Source: Candidatus Zambryskibacteria bacterium RIFOXYC1_FULL_39_10
Lineage (GTDB): Bacteria > Patescibacteriota > Minisyncoccia > Phycocordibacterales > WO2-35-19
Length of the DNA: 62,983 nt
NCBI GenBank assembly: GCA_001824275.1
Contig: MHWW01000009.1
Coordinates: 1 to 62,983, forward strand
Direction: 5' to 3'
Shown one piece after another: positions 28,502 through 37,883 of the stretch. Each line of letters opens with the position of its first letter. The first letter of the stretch is position 1. The position numbers were made by a program, and so were the translations under genes. The notes beneath the pieces were generated by a model. It was not told the DNA's origin and searched no databases. It saw nothing but the letters and a program-made list of their open reading frames with translations.

Positions 28502-30976
28502 TTACAAGCAGATGAATGAGGCGATGGAGTCGCCGTCGCGAAGCTTCATAATTCGGACGCCTTGAGTAGAGCGGCCGAGAGATGGGATTTCGGAAAGACC
28601 TAAGCGGATGACTTGACTCTTTTTGGACATTGCGACCGCCTCTTCTTCCTCGCCAGTTATAACCGCTGAAGCGATGATTTCACCGGTTTTAGCCGTTACA
28701 TTGCTCGTCTTTATGCCCGAACCGCCACGATTTTGGATTTTGTATTCTTTAATCCCTGTCTTTTTGCCATAACCGTTGGCCCCCATAGTAAGCAGAGCGG
28801 CATCCTTTTCCACTTCTTTTGGAACTGGGTGAGCGCCTATTACCCTATCGCCTTTTTTGATTTTGATGAGTCTCACTCCACCAGCAGTACGGCCCATTTC
28901 ACGCACATCTGATTCTTTAAATCTGATTGATTGACCTTTGGTTGAAACCACAATACACGAATCGCCCTTGACTACTGCCGATACTGAAATCAATCTGTCG
29001 CCTTCGGAAAGTTTGATGGCGATGATACCACTTGTCCTCACATCGTGAAAACTTGATGCCGAAACTTTTTTGCCTGTGCCGTCGGCCGTCACCATCATAA
29101 GAGAGAGCTCGTTGTCGTCTTTCAAATTTTTTGGCATTGGCAAGATTGAAGTCACTTTTTCACCTTCGGAAAGAGAAATGAAATTCATAATAGACTTGCC
29201 TCGAGTCGCTCTTTTACCTTCAGGTAATTCATACATTTTGATTTGATAAGCCTTGCCTCGATCGGTAAAGAAAAGTAAATCAGAATGTGTGCTGGCAGTG
29301 AGAAAATTGGTGACAAAATCTTCTTCTTTGGTATCCAAATCAACCACACCGACTCCACCTCTCTTTTGTTTGCGATATTCATCTGGACTTGTCCTTTTGA
29401 CATAACCTCCGGCAGTCAAAATCAAAGTATTTTCTTCATCAGCAATCAAATCCTCCATCGACAAAACTTTGACTCCCCCTTTTATCACTTTGGTCCTTCT
29501 GTCATCACCATATTTTTCTGAAATATCAGAAAGCTCTTTTTTAATTATAGAAAGAATTTTCTTGGGATTGGCCAAAATTTCTCGGAGTTCGCCTATAAGT
29601 TTTTGGACTTCACGAAGCTCATCTTCAATCTTTTGTCTCTCTAGACCTGCCAATTTTTGCAAGCGCATCTCCAAAATAGCATTGGCCTGCAACTCAGAAA
29701 ACTTAAACTCCTTCATCAAATTGGCCCGAGCGGTATCAACATCTTTAGATTTTTTGATGAGTTTAATTATTTCATCAATATGGTCAAGGGCCTTTTTGAG
29801 CCCGAGCAAAATGTGCTCTCTGGCCTCCGCCTCTCTCAAGTCAAACTCGGTTCGTCTTTTAACCACAATCTGACGATGTTTAATAAATTCCTCTAAAATA
29901 GTTTTTAGTGAAAGTGTCTGCGGTACGCCGTCAACTAGGGCCACGAGGTTTAAGTGAAATGTGTCTTCAAGTTGAGTATGCTTGTAAATAAAATTCAAAA
30001 CTTTTTGTGGATAACTACCATTTTTCAAATCAATCACCACTCTGATATCTTTGGTTGATTCATCCCTGATGCCTTTGATGCCGTCAATCTTTTTTTCGCG
30101 CACGAGCTCAGCGATTTTCATTATCAAATCTGCTTTGTTTACTCGGTAAGGAATAGAAGTAATAATAATTTGAGAATTATTTTTGTCTTCAACTATCTCA
30201 GCTACTCCTCGTGCTACGATACCGCCGCGTCCGGTGGCATAAGCATGACTGATATCTTTAGAATTAAAAATAATGCCACCGAGCGGAAAGTCTGGCCCTT
30301 GAACAAACTGCAATAAATCTTCGGTCGTCGCGTCTTTGTTGTCTATGAGATAAGCAGTAGCGTCTATCACTTCGCGCAAATTGTGAGGTGGAATATTGGT
30401 AGCCATACCAACCGCAATACCCAAAGTTCCATTTAATAAAAGTTGAGGGGCAGTAGCCGGCAAAACTGAAGGCTCTTTTTTGGTGGCGTCGTAGTTTGGT
30501 ACCCAATCAACTGTTTCTTTATTTATATCACGCAAAAGCTCTGAAGCGACTTTGCTCATCTTGGCTTCGGTATAACGCATAGCGGCGGCACTGTCACCAT
30601 CAACTGAACCGAAGTTTCCTTGGCCGATAACCAAGGGGTATCGCATACTGAAGTCTTGAGCCATTTTGACCATAGCTTCATAGGCGGCACTGTCACCGTG
30701 AGGGTGATAATTTCCTAAAACCTCTCCCACTACCGCTGCTGACTTACGCGTCTTGGCTGAGGCTGAGAGGCCCATAGTGTGCATAGCATAGAGGATACGG
30801 CGGTGGACAGGCTTCATGCCGTCTCGCACGTCAGGGAGCGCTCTGTCAGTAATGACAGACATAGCATAGTCAATGAAGGACTTCTTCATCTCACTCACAA
30901 TTGAGCGCGAAATAACGCCCACATGAGTGTTTATTTCCCCTTTTTCATCCTGATTTTTATCTTCTTTCTTAGGCAT
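28502..30976 (-). CDS. gyrA: DNA gyrase subunit A
   Basis: [30 protein letters not shown], GyrA-box QKRGGVG, C-terminal blades. Confidence 0.96.
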   Translation of the reverse strand: MPKKEDKNQDEKGEINTHVGVISRSIVSEMKKSFIDYAMSVITDRALPDVRDGMKPVHRRILYAMHTMGLSASAKTRKSAAVVGEVLGNYHPHGDSAAYEAMVKMAQDFSMRYPLVIGQGNFGSVDGDSAAAMRYTEAKMSKVASELLRDINKETVDWVPNYDATKKEPSVLPATAPQLLLNGTLGIAVGMATNIPPHNLREVIDATAYLIDNKDATTEDLLQFVQGPDFPLGGIIFNSKDISHAYATGRGGIVARGVAEIVEDKNNSQIIITSIPYRVNKADLIMKIAELVREKKIDGIKGIRDESTKDIRVVIDLKNGSYPQKVLNFIYKHTQLEDTFHLNLVALVDGVPQTLSLKTILEEFIKHRQIVVKRRTEFDLREAEAREHILLGLKKALDHIDEIIKLIKKSKDVDTARANLMKEFKFSELQANAILEMRLQKLAGLERQKIEDELREVQKLIGELREILANPKKILSIIKKELSDISEKYGDDRRTKVIKGGVKVLSMEDLIADEENTLILTAGGYVKRTSPDEYRKQKRGGVGVVDLDTKEEDFVTNFLTASTHSDLLFFTDRGKAYQIKMYELPEGKRATRGKSIMNFISLSEGEKVTSILPMPKNLKDDNELSLMMVTADGTGKKVSASSFHDVRTSGIIAIKLSEGDRLISVSAVVKGDSCIVVSTKGQSIRFKESDVREMGRTAGGVRLIKIKKGDRVIGAHPVPKEVEKDAALLTMGANGYGKKTGIKEYKIQNRGGSGIKTSNVTAKTGEIIASAVITGEEEEAVAMSKKSQVIRLGLSEIPSLGRSTQGVRIMKLRDGDSIASFICL

Positions 30977-31019
30977 TTACATCTTAATTATAGCAAATTT
31001 TAGCTTTCTATACAAGCGG

Positions 31020-31113
31020 ATAACTCACCCTAAATCCCTCTCTTACAACAAGAGAGGGACTTCTGAAGCCCCCTTCCCTTGTTGTAAGGGAAGGGGGTGG
31101 GGGGATGAGTTAT
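31020..31113. mobile_element. MITE-like palindromic element (intergenic copy)
   Basis: ATAACTCACCC...GGATGAGTTAT imperfect terminal inverted repeats, two internal hairpins; near-copy at 38631-38727. Confidence 0.8.
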
Positions 31114-31430
31114 TTTCTCTCGTAAACTTCAATACTACTTATGAAAGGCACAAAAACTGAGGAGAATGAATCTTTGAGTTCTTGATATTGCTTGCCTATC
31201 TCATCAAAAGCGGCTCCAAAAACCTGTTTGGTATTTTCAATTGGCGAAGGTACGGCATCGGCAGAAACAACATTTGCCACCTGACTAGATGATTTTTGTG
31301 ACGCTAGATTAGCTTCACCACCAAAACTCAAATAACCTTTGTAAAAAGCGAAGCTAAACAATATTAAAATTGAAAGAGTAGTTGCCAAACCAAATGCCCA
31401 TTTGCCTCTATAACTCTCGTCCCTCTCCAT
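31110..31430 (-). CDS. Hypothetical membrane-anchored protein
   Basis: N-terminal TM helix; stop codon coincides with the element end. Confidence 0.6.
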   Translation of the reverse strand: MERDESYRGKWAFGLATTLSILILFSFAFYKGYLSFGGEANLASQKSSSQVANVVSADAVPSPIENTKQVFGAAFDEIGKQYQELKDSFSSVFVPFISSIEVYERK

Positions 31431-31467
31431 TATTGAATTATATTTTTTGATAAGCATTTATTTAAAT

Positions 31468-32112
31468 TTATTGAGTATCAAGAACAATAATTTCGCCCTC
31501 TTTACCCTCCAAATCTTTTTTCTTGACGGTCAACTTTTCTACTGATTTTAAACCCTCGCTACTACCCTCTTTCAAAAAGGCTTTGAGGGATTTATCATCA
31601 TAATTCATAGGTATAATAATAGAAGGTTCCAAAGAAACCGCAAATTTATAAGCATCACTTGGGCTGAGTGTACCCTCACCACCAATCGGCACAAAGAGTA
31701 TGTCTACTCCATCAATTCCTTCTTTAGTTTCTTTTGGAATATTTGCTTCTCCTAACGCACCCAAAAAACACAAATTCATATTTTCAAAATTGACTGTATA
31801 TATAGTATTGATTTTGTTGGTTGCCACTTGCTCTGAGGAATTCGAAGGGTAATTTGAGACACTAGAAAGCCCTTTTATAAAAACCCCCTGAATCTCATAC
31901 TCGCCCGGCCCGTTTATAATGAAAGCTTCTTTGTCGCCACGGTTAACTTGGTCTACCCCGTTCATATCGGGGTGGTTTAAGGAAATCAAGGCAATATCAG
32001 CCCCAAAATTATTGGCTTTAAATTGTGACTTTTTGGATACAGGGTCAAAAGCCAAAACAGTGTCCCCAAATTGGACCTTAAAAGATTGTGCTCCCTGATA
32101 TGAAATTATCAT
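31468..32112 (-). CDS. MBL-fold hydrolase-like protein with degenerate metal motif
   Basis: GPGEYEIQGV, CFLGALG, DILFVPIGG, IIIPMNY; SLNHPDMN replaces the HxHxDH-like motif. Confidence 0.7.
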   Translation of the reverse strand: MIISYQGAQSFKVQFGDTVLAFDPVSKKSQFKANNFGADIALISLNHPDMNGVDQVNRGDKEAFIINGPGEYEIQGVFIKGLSSVSNYPSNSSEQVATNKINTIYTVNFENMNLCFLGALGEANIPKETKEGIDGVDILFVPIGGEGTLSPSDAYKFAVSLEPSIIIPMNYDDKSLKAFLKEGSSEGLKSVEKLTVKKKDLEGKEGEIIVLDTQ

Positions 32113-32212
32113 CCCGTTAGAGTTTTAAATTAATTAATTGGCTCGCATATAACAAGCATGCAGACATGATATCATTTTTTTAGCAATCGGTAAATATAAA
32201 ACTCTAACGGGA

Positions 32213-32614
32213 TCATTCGGTAGTCACACCATCAAAATCGGCCTCATTTGCCATAGCTTCATCACGAGTAGCTCGTACTATGCCATCTTTGTGGTGAGCT
32301 GGTGAATAAATAGTGTAAAGTTTTAGATCCTCACTTTCGGAAACATTCATCACATTATGCTCGGCTCCAGCTGGCACAATAACTGTGTCTCCATCTGAAA
32401 CTTCATACTCGGTGCCATTTACCACTACTTTACCCTGACCTGCTTCAAAACGGAAAAATTGGTCATTATCTTCATGAATTTCCATCCCGATTTCGCCACC
32501 AACTGGTAGTGACATCAAAACCAATTGCATGTGGAGGCCGGTATAAAGCACTTTGCGGAAATTGGTATTTTCGGTTGTTAAATTTTCAATATTTGAATGA
32601 TATCCTTTTTTCAT
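32213..32614 (-). CDS. Cupin domain protein
   Basis: QLVLMSL..GEIGMEIH..DQFFRFEAG, VPAGAEHNV, LYTIYSPAHH. Confidence 0.85.
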   Translation of the reverse strand: MKKGYHSNIENLTTENTNFRKVLYTGLHMQLVLMSLPVGGEIGMEIHEDNDQFFRFEAGQGKVVVNGTEYEVSDGDTVIVPAGAEHNVMNVSESEDLKLYTIYSPAHHKDGIVRATRDEAMANEADFDGVTTE

Positions 32615-32659
32615 ATTATATAAGTTAATATTAATTTAATAATCTTATCACACTTTTGA

Positions 32660-33193
32660 TTATTTAAAATCAAAAGTTTCTATAATTGTTTTATAAAACA
32701 AATCGGCGTCAAAAGGTGGTTCACCGAACATGTTTCTAGCTATTCTCACATTAGAATCTTTGCCATAAAAAACCAGCCAGTCCCAATCACCCTCTGCAAA
32801 TTTGTGACCATCTATATATAAAGAAGGATCTTGAATATATTCATAAGAAATATTTTGAGGATTTTGTTTTTTAGTCTGTGAAATGTTTTCCAAGTCAACT
32901 TTTTTCACTTCGATTGCTGGCGGCACCTCATATTCAATATCATCCGGCCAATTAAAATATATTACGCATAAATTATCATCAATTTTTTCAACATATTTAA
33001 ATTCCCAATCTTTAAAATCTGGAAATTTAAAAGAAAATTCAAAGCCTTGGCATTCAAAAGTTTTGTATTCTAAAACTTCGTTAACATTATTTTTATCAGA
33101 ATCCATATTGTTATTTTTAAAATTATTTAAATCATTTTTAAAGGCAAAAATCAAAATTAACCCCAGAATTAAAGCTCCCCAAAACCATTTCAT
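32660..33193 (-). CDS. Hypothetical membrane-anchored protein
   Basis: Start moved to MKWFWG because the ORF-track extension lies inside tRNA-Ser. Confidence 0.6.
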   Translation of the reverse strand: MKWFWGALILGLILIFAFKNDLNNFKNNNMDSDKNNVNEVLEYKTFECQGFEFSFKFPDFKDWEFKYVEKIDDNLCVIYFNWPDDIEYEVPPAIEVKKVDLENISQTKKQNPQNISYEYIQDPSLYIDGHKFAEGDWDWLVFYGKDSNVRIARNMFGEPPFDADLFYKTIIETFDFK

Positions 33194-33214
33194 ATATAGT
33201 GATTTTAACATATT

Positions 33215-33304
33215 TGGCGGAAGTGGGAGGATTCGAACCTCCGATAAGGTTTCCCCTATACCGCTTTTCGAGAGCGGCGCTTTCGACCACTCAGCCACAC
33301 TTCC
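33215..33304 (-). tRNA. tRNA-Ser(CGA)
   Basis: GGAAGTG/CACTTCC, CCGCT-CTCGAAA-AGCGG, long variable arm, G73, CCA encoded. Confidence 0.93.
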
Positions 33305-33365
33305 AATTGTCTAAAACTATCATTTTTTTGCATTATTATCAAAAAATGTTATATTTTATGAGCGG

Positions 33366-33389
33366 CTTGCCATGAGCGAAGTCGAATGG
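33366..33389. repeat. Short repeat abutting tRNA-Glu
   Basis: CTTGCCATGAGCGAAGTCGAATGG; related copy CTTGCTCTGAGGAATTCGAAGGG at 31827-31849. Confidence 0.55.
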
Positions 33390-33459
33390 CCCTATCGTCT
33401 ATCGGTTAGGACGGCTGCTTTTCAAGCAGCAAAGCGCGGTCCGACTCCGCGTAGGGTCA
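33388..33459 (+). tRNA. tRNA-Glu(TTC)
   Basis: GGCCCTA/TAGGGTC, GCTGC-TTTTCAA-GCAGC, T-loop TCCGACT (C instead of the usual T55). Confidence 0.88.
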
Positions 33460-33600
33460 CAAATTATGTAATACAAATAAACTGCTTTATTTGCGGATAA
33501 TTCGTGAAGATAGAAGCATGTTTTTCTGAGCCCAGAAAAACAGCTGAGTCCGGGGCTGGAAATTTCATTTTTGACGAAAAATGAAATATTGTGGCTCACA
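33460..33600 (+). repeat. Structured tRNA-trailer element (copy after tRNA-Glu)
   Basis: AAA-CTGC-TTT hairpin 33474-33493, TGTTTTT/AAAAACA hairpin, GACG-loop hairpin 33562-33587. Confidence 0.75.
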
Positions 33601-33605
33601 TATTT

Positions 33606-36557
33606 TTAATTTTCTTCTTCTATAGAATCTGTGCTTGTCGCTGAATTACTTTGACTAGTATCGTCAAATACTGGAGTTGTGGAAGCTGTATTTTGTTCTT
33701 GTGTAGATGGAGTACTTGTAGAAATTTCGGGAGTCGTTGTTGAAGTATTGTCAGTTGAACTTGCGTTACTCTGATTATTATTTTCTGAATTTCCTCCACT
33801 TACAACTTGTATCGCTCCAACTCCGCTTCGCAACATCATTTCTTTAAATTGTTCTTTTGTTAAACACGTGTCGTCAACACATACTTTACCCTCGACATTT
33901 ATATCACCTCCAAAATTTGTATTTCTCTGTACATTTAAACTGCCAACATTTGCATCTCGTATATACACTTCGTGACTAGCTAAATATTTATCAAAAGTTT
34001 CTGTCAAAGTCGTCATAATGTCGTCAAATTTTTTGTTTAATTCTTGTATGGCTTTAGCTAAAACTGCGGTAAATTTAGGATAATCCAAACCTTGTATTTC
34101 TCCACTGCTATCGCGAGAAACTACTTCAGGAATAACAGGAGCAACTTCTTCAGCAATAAAACCAATTTGTCTGCCAGCATTTTTTATATAACCATTTTTA
34201 TAATCGAAAGAGACTGGTTTTAGTTTGAGCACTTCGTTTAGACCATATGAAATATCTGCTATATTCTCCTTGTATTTTATTGACGACGCTCCGCAAATTC
34301 CTGTAGATGTAGCAAGCTGTCCTGTAGTGGTATTTAGACAAACATAGTAGCCGGTGGAGTCATTTGGAAGTGCTGGCATAGCTACTCCTCCGTTTACCGA
34401 TAGTGCTTTCCATGGGGTAGTCGTTCCGATGCCGACGTTGCCGTGAAAAATGTTGGTCGTTACCGAAGCATTCCCGAACATCATCTGATTGCTTGCCAAT
34501 GCTACCGCTTGATATCCCAGGGCGGTGGTATTAGTGAGATTATTGACTGACACGTCCGCCGACTCCCCGACAAACGTATTCTGCGATCCAGTTGTTAGGG
34601 TAGCCCCGGCTATAGTACCAAGTCCAGTATTATTACCCCCCGACGTGACATTTGAGAGAGAACCTTCACCAAGTCCAGTATTCTCCGCCCCGTTTGTGAG
34701 AGAGCCAAGAGCGCTCGTTCCAAACGCTGAGTTGAATGCACCCGAAGAGTTGCTGCCCATCGCACCATATCCAACTGCAGTTGAGTATGCACCAGTGCCT
34801 TGCCCAGCAGCATATCCAACAAATGTATTTTGGACCGATGTAGTTCTGATTCCAGCCGTCCAGCCTACAGCGGTATTCCCGGCACTAGTAGTATTCGCCT
34901 GAAGTGCATTGTACCCAATTGCTGTTTGGCCTGTCCCTGTAAAAACTAGATTACTATTTGAACCTATTCCGATATTTTGATTAGTAGTAGAAATAAGATG
35001 CCCAGATGATACTCCTATACCAATATTATCCGAGCCTGTTGTGACTGCATTCAACGCGCCATGCCCAAACGCCTGATTATCATTTCCAGAAGTCACAAAA
35101 GCGAGTGCATCGGTCCCAAAAGCATTGTCTCCATTGCCAGATTGGAAATTTTGGCCAGCGTATAATCCGATAAAATTGCTATAAAGACCAGAAGTTAAAG
35201 CATGGAGAGGTCCCCGACCAATCCCAATGTTTCCAAGTGCAGTCGTGACCGTGGTTGTATTCAAACCACCCGCACCAAGTCCAATATTTTCTTGTACGGT
35301 TGAAGGACTACAGACTCCGTTGCATGCGGGTAATACCGTAAGTGATAACATTTCCGAGTCATCTGTGTTAGTAATTTTCAGCGGTGTTGGACTTTTGATC
35401 GTTAGGGGTGCAGTCGGATCTGCTGTCCCAATACCAACATAGCCAGAATTTTGTTGTACCACAAATTGTGAACCACCGATTGCAAAGCCGCCAGTTGAAA
35501 GAGTTGAAGTAGCTGTAGTTGATGTAGCGTTAAAATTGCCAAATGTCGGAGTGGAAGTGGCCGTGATAACTCCACTTGCATTTGTTGAAAGAATAGAATT
35601 GATTGCCATTGATCCAAGAGTCAATGTTCCGTTAAATGTGTTTGCTCCTGCAAATATGTTGTTTGTATAAAGTTTTGGAATTGTTGATGATGCGTGAATA
35701 TATGTATTGATAGCAGAGGTATCAAGAGTGAGCACACCGCCAGTGTTTTGCAAACCGCTTCCTAATAAATTATTAAACGATTGCCCATTGATAATTAAGT
35801 TAGTGGTAGAAGCAGTAGCAAACGAAGAATAAACGGTTGAGGAAGAATACAAAAAACTAACATTGCCACCAGCTCGCCAAACACTCGTTCCATCACTTGT
35901 CCAATTTCCAGTACTTGCCCCACCGATCAAATTACCAGCCCAATATAAATTACCGCCTGTATTATATATACGATTGGAAGTATCGGATGGAGCAGAAATT
36001 TGAGAAAGTAAAAGTGAAGAAGCAAAGCTGGCTTCGCCGGTGATTGATGGAGCAGTTAGAATACTGCTCACACTGGTACTTAAGTTATCTATATTAGTTT
36101 GCAGAGTTGCAGATGTTCTGCCAAGCGCATCAGCCACACCCTGAGTGGAGCCCGAACTGCCTCCGCCTGTAATATAAGTCGAAGGGTAGTAGTTTTGGAT
36201 AGGTGTGGGTAATCCAGAAATCGCACCCGTAATCATTCTTGAAACTTCTTCTCTAGAAACTCCTGAATAATTTATAATGAGAGGAGTCTTCGCTGAAGCT
36301 TCGGCTTCCTGAGGGGAGCTTGTTGAAACATTTTCTGTTTTTATAATTACCGTATTTGTATTTTCTCTGGGTGAAAACCAGGGCAAGAAAATCTGTGAAA
36401 TTGGATTTATTAAATATTTTTGAAATATATTTTCTTTTTGTATGCCGGAATCAGCTGCATAAATGTTTACTGGTAATAATAAAAAGACCGCAAAAATTAA
36501 AACAAAAATCTTTTGAGTTTGAAAATATTTCTTTTTTAATTTTATTTCTGTTTTCAT
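33606..36557 (-). CDS. Large surface/fibre protein with Gly/Thr/Asn repeats and Peptidase S74-like intramolecular chaperone
   Basis: N-terminal hydrophobic leader, NTAVG/ALxxxTxG repeats, SSIKYKENI..LKPVSF..GFIAEEV..LDY..LAKAIQEL. Confidence 0.78.
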   Translation of the reverse strand: MKTEIKLKKKYFQTQKIFVLIFAVFLLLPVNIYAADSGIQKENIFQKYLINPISQIFLPWFSPRENTNTVIIKTENVSTSSPQEAEASAKTPLIINYSGVSREEVSRMITGAISGLPTPIQNYYPSTYITGGGSSGSTQGVADALGRTSATLQTNIDNLSTSVSSILTAPSITGEASFASSLLLSQISAPSDTSNRIYNTGGNLYWAGNLIGGASTGNWTSDGTSVWRAGGNVSFLYSSSTVYSSFATASTTNLIINGQSFNNLLGSGLQNTGGVLTLDTSAINTYIHASSTIPKLYTNNIFAGANTFNGTLTLGSMAINSILSTNASGVITATSTPTFGNFNATSTTATSTLSTGGFAIGGSQFVVQQNSGYVGIGTADPTAPLTIKSPTPLKITNTDDSEMLSLTVLPACNGVCSPSTVQENIGLGAGGLNTTTVTTALGNIGIGRGPLHALTSGLYSNFIGLYAGQNFQSGNGDNAFGTDALAFVTSGNDNQAFGHGALNAVTTGSDNIGIGVSSGHLISTTNQNIGIGSNSNLVFTGTGQTAIGYNALQANTTSAGNTAVGWTAGIRTTSVQNTFVGYAAGQGTGAYSTAVGYGAMGSNSSGAFNSAFGTSALGSLTNGAENTGLGEGSLSNVTSGGNNTGLGTIAGATLTTGSQNTFVGESADVSVNNLTNTTALGYQAVALASNQMMFGNASVTTNIFHGNVGIGTTTPWKALSVNGGVAMPALPNDSTGYYVCLNTTTGQLATSTGICGASSIKYKENIADISYGLNEVLKLKPVSFDYKNGYIKNAGRQIGFIAEEVAPVIPEVVSRDSSGEIQGLDYPKFTAVLAKAIQELNKKFDDIMTTLTETFDKYLASHEVYIRDANVGSLNVQRNTNFGGDINVEGKVCVDDTCLTKEQFKEMMLRSGVGAIQVVSGGNSENNNQSNASSTDNTSTTTPEISTSTPSTQEQNTASTTPVFDDTSQSNSATSTDSIEEEN

Positions 36558-36774
36558 TTTTGGTAAGCAAAAAACACTGTCAAAAGTGCTTTATGTAGAA
36601 ATATTAAATTGCAACCAAAAAACTGGCGAGCGTGTTTTACTCTCTCTCTCGATTTCCGCCAAATAATTTAAACATTTTGTTTGTTAATTCTTTACAATAA
36701 AGTGTATCACATTTTTCTATGTCAAATACACAAACAAGTGGAAATCTAGACCCGTAAAATGCTATACTAAACAT

Positions 36775-37377
36775 ATGAACAATTCGCCTGACACAAGCTA
36801 CAAAAAAGCAACCCAGGCCTTAAATTTTCTGGCACGAAAGAAAGATGGCAATATCATTAACAAAATGAAAGCCATCAAGCTTATATATCTTGCTGACCGC
36901 CTGCATTTGCGAAAATATGGTCGCCCAATAGTTGGCGATGTATATTGGGCTATGAAGCTTGGGCCCGTAGGATCCAAAACAAAAAAAGCTGCGGAATTGG
37001 ATCTCCCAAATACAGCTTTGTCATATACAAAAAAATACATTAAACCGACGGATGAAAAAAAGCATTCTTTCATTTCTATAAAAGAACCGGATCTAGATGT
37101 TTTTTCAAAAACGGATATTGAATGCTTGGAAGCAGTAAACGATACATTTTCCGATAGAGATCAGTTTGAGCTCGCTGAATTGACACATAAATACCCAGAA
37201 TGGCCAAAGTACGGAAAAGAACTTAAATCCGGAAAGAAAAGAGTGTTAATGAGTTATAGTGATCTTTTTGCTGATGGAACACATGGCGGATTGTTTGCTC
37301 AAACCAAAACGGAACTAAATCTGTCCAAAGAGTCATTCAATGAACAACAAGAAGTTTCTGATTTTTTTGCTAAATAA
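36775..37377 (+). CDS. Panacea (DUF4065/SocA-like) antitoxin
   Basis: KAIKLIYLADRLHLRKYGRPI.GDVYWAMKLGPV, LAELTHKYPEW. Confidence 0.8.
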   Translation: MNNSPDTSYKKATQALNFLARKKDGNIINKMKAIKLIYLADRLHLRKYGRPIVGDVYWAMKLGPVGSKTKKAAELDLPNTALSYTKKYIKPTDEKKHSFISIKEPDLDVFSKTDIECLEAVNDTFSDRDQFELAELTHKYPEWPKYGKELKSGKKRVLMSYSDLFADGTHGGLFAQTKTELNLSKESFNEQQEVSDFFAK

Positions 37378-37389
37378 TCGCTATGCAAG

Positions 37390-37833
37390 ATGGATATACC
37401 GTTAAATGTCAGAGTCCCACTATCTATCGAACAAGGATCAGTCTTTAATTTCCACATCGATTTCGATGGGCCTGGAAGAAAATCTGGGAATAGGTATTTT
37501 GTAGTAATGAATCGTAATCCAAGAACAGATAAAATTTTGGTAATGGTTACTTCAACTACACAAATTGAAAAAAGAAGGGAATTCATCAAAAAAGCGAAAA
37601 TCAGTGAAAAAACCATAGTCACTGTTTCGCAAAAAGAATACCCGACTTTCATATCGGAAAGTGCTTTCAATTGCAATGATATACACGAAGTGAGTATGGA
37701 AGATTTAATACGAAAAATTGAAAATAATGGCTCTATGAATTATCCAAAAATTCCAGATGCTATTCTTAAAAAACTAATTTTGGGTGTTAATGAAAGTCCG
37801 ATAGTCAGAGAGGAAATTAAAAAATTAATCTGA
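37390..37833 (+). CDS. Putative toxin, PemK/MazF-like fold
   Basis: NRYFVVMN..LVMVTST..ESAFNCN pattern; 12 bp downstream of the antitoxin. Confidence 0.5.
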   Translation: MDIPLNVRVPLSIEQGSVFNFHIDFDGPGRKSGNRYFVVMNRNPRTDKILVMVTSTTQIEKRREFIKKAKISEKTIVTVSQKEYPTFISESAFNCNDIHEVSMEDLIRKIENNGSMNYPKIPDAILKKLILGVNESPIVREEIKKLI

Positions 37834-37883
37834 TCTAACTAGTGCCCGTGGCAGATTTATATATTGTGTGTAAAATAACTTTA

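Noticed and set aside
33606-36557. Prophage suggested by the S74 tail-fibre domain
   Set aside because: No integrase, capsid, terminase or portal genes nearby; the protein has an export/anchor leader.
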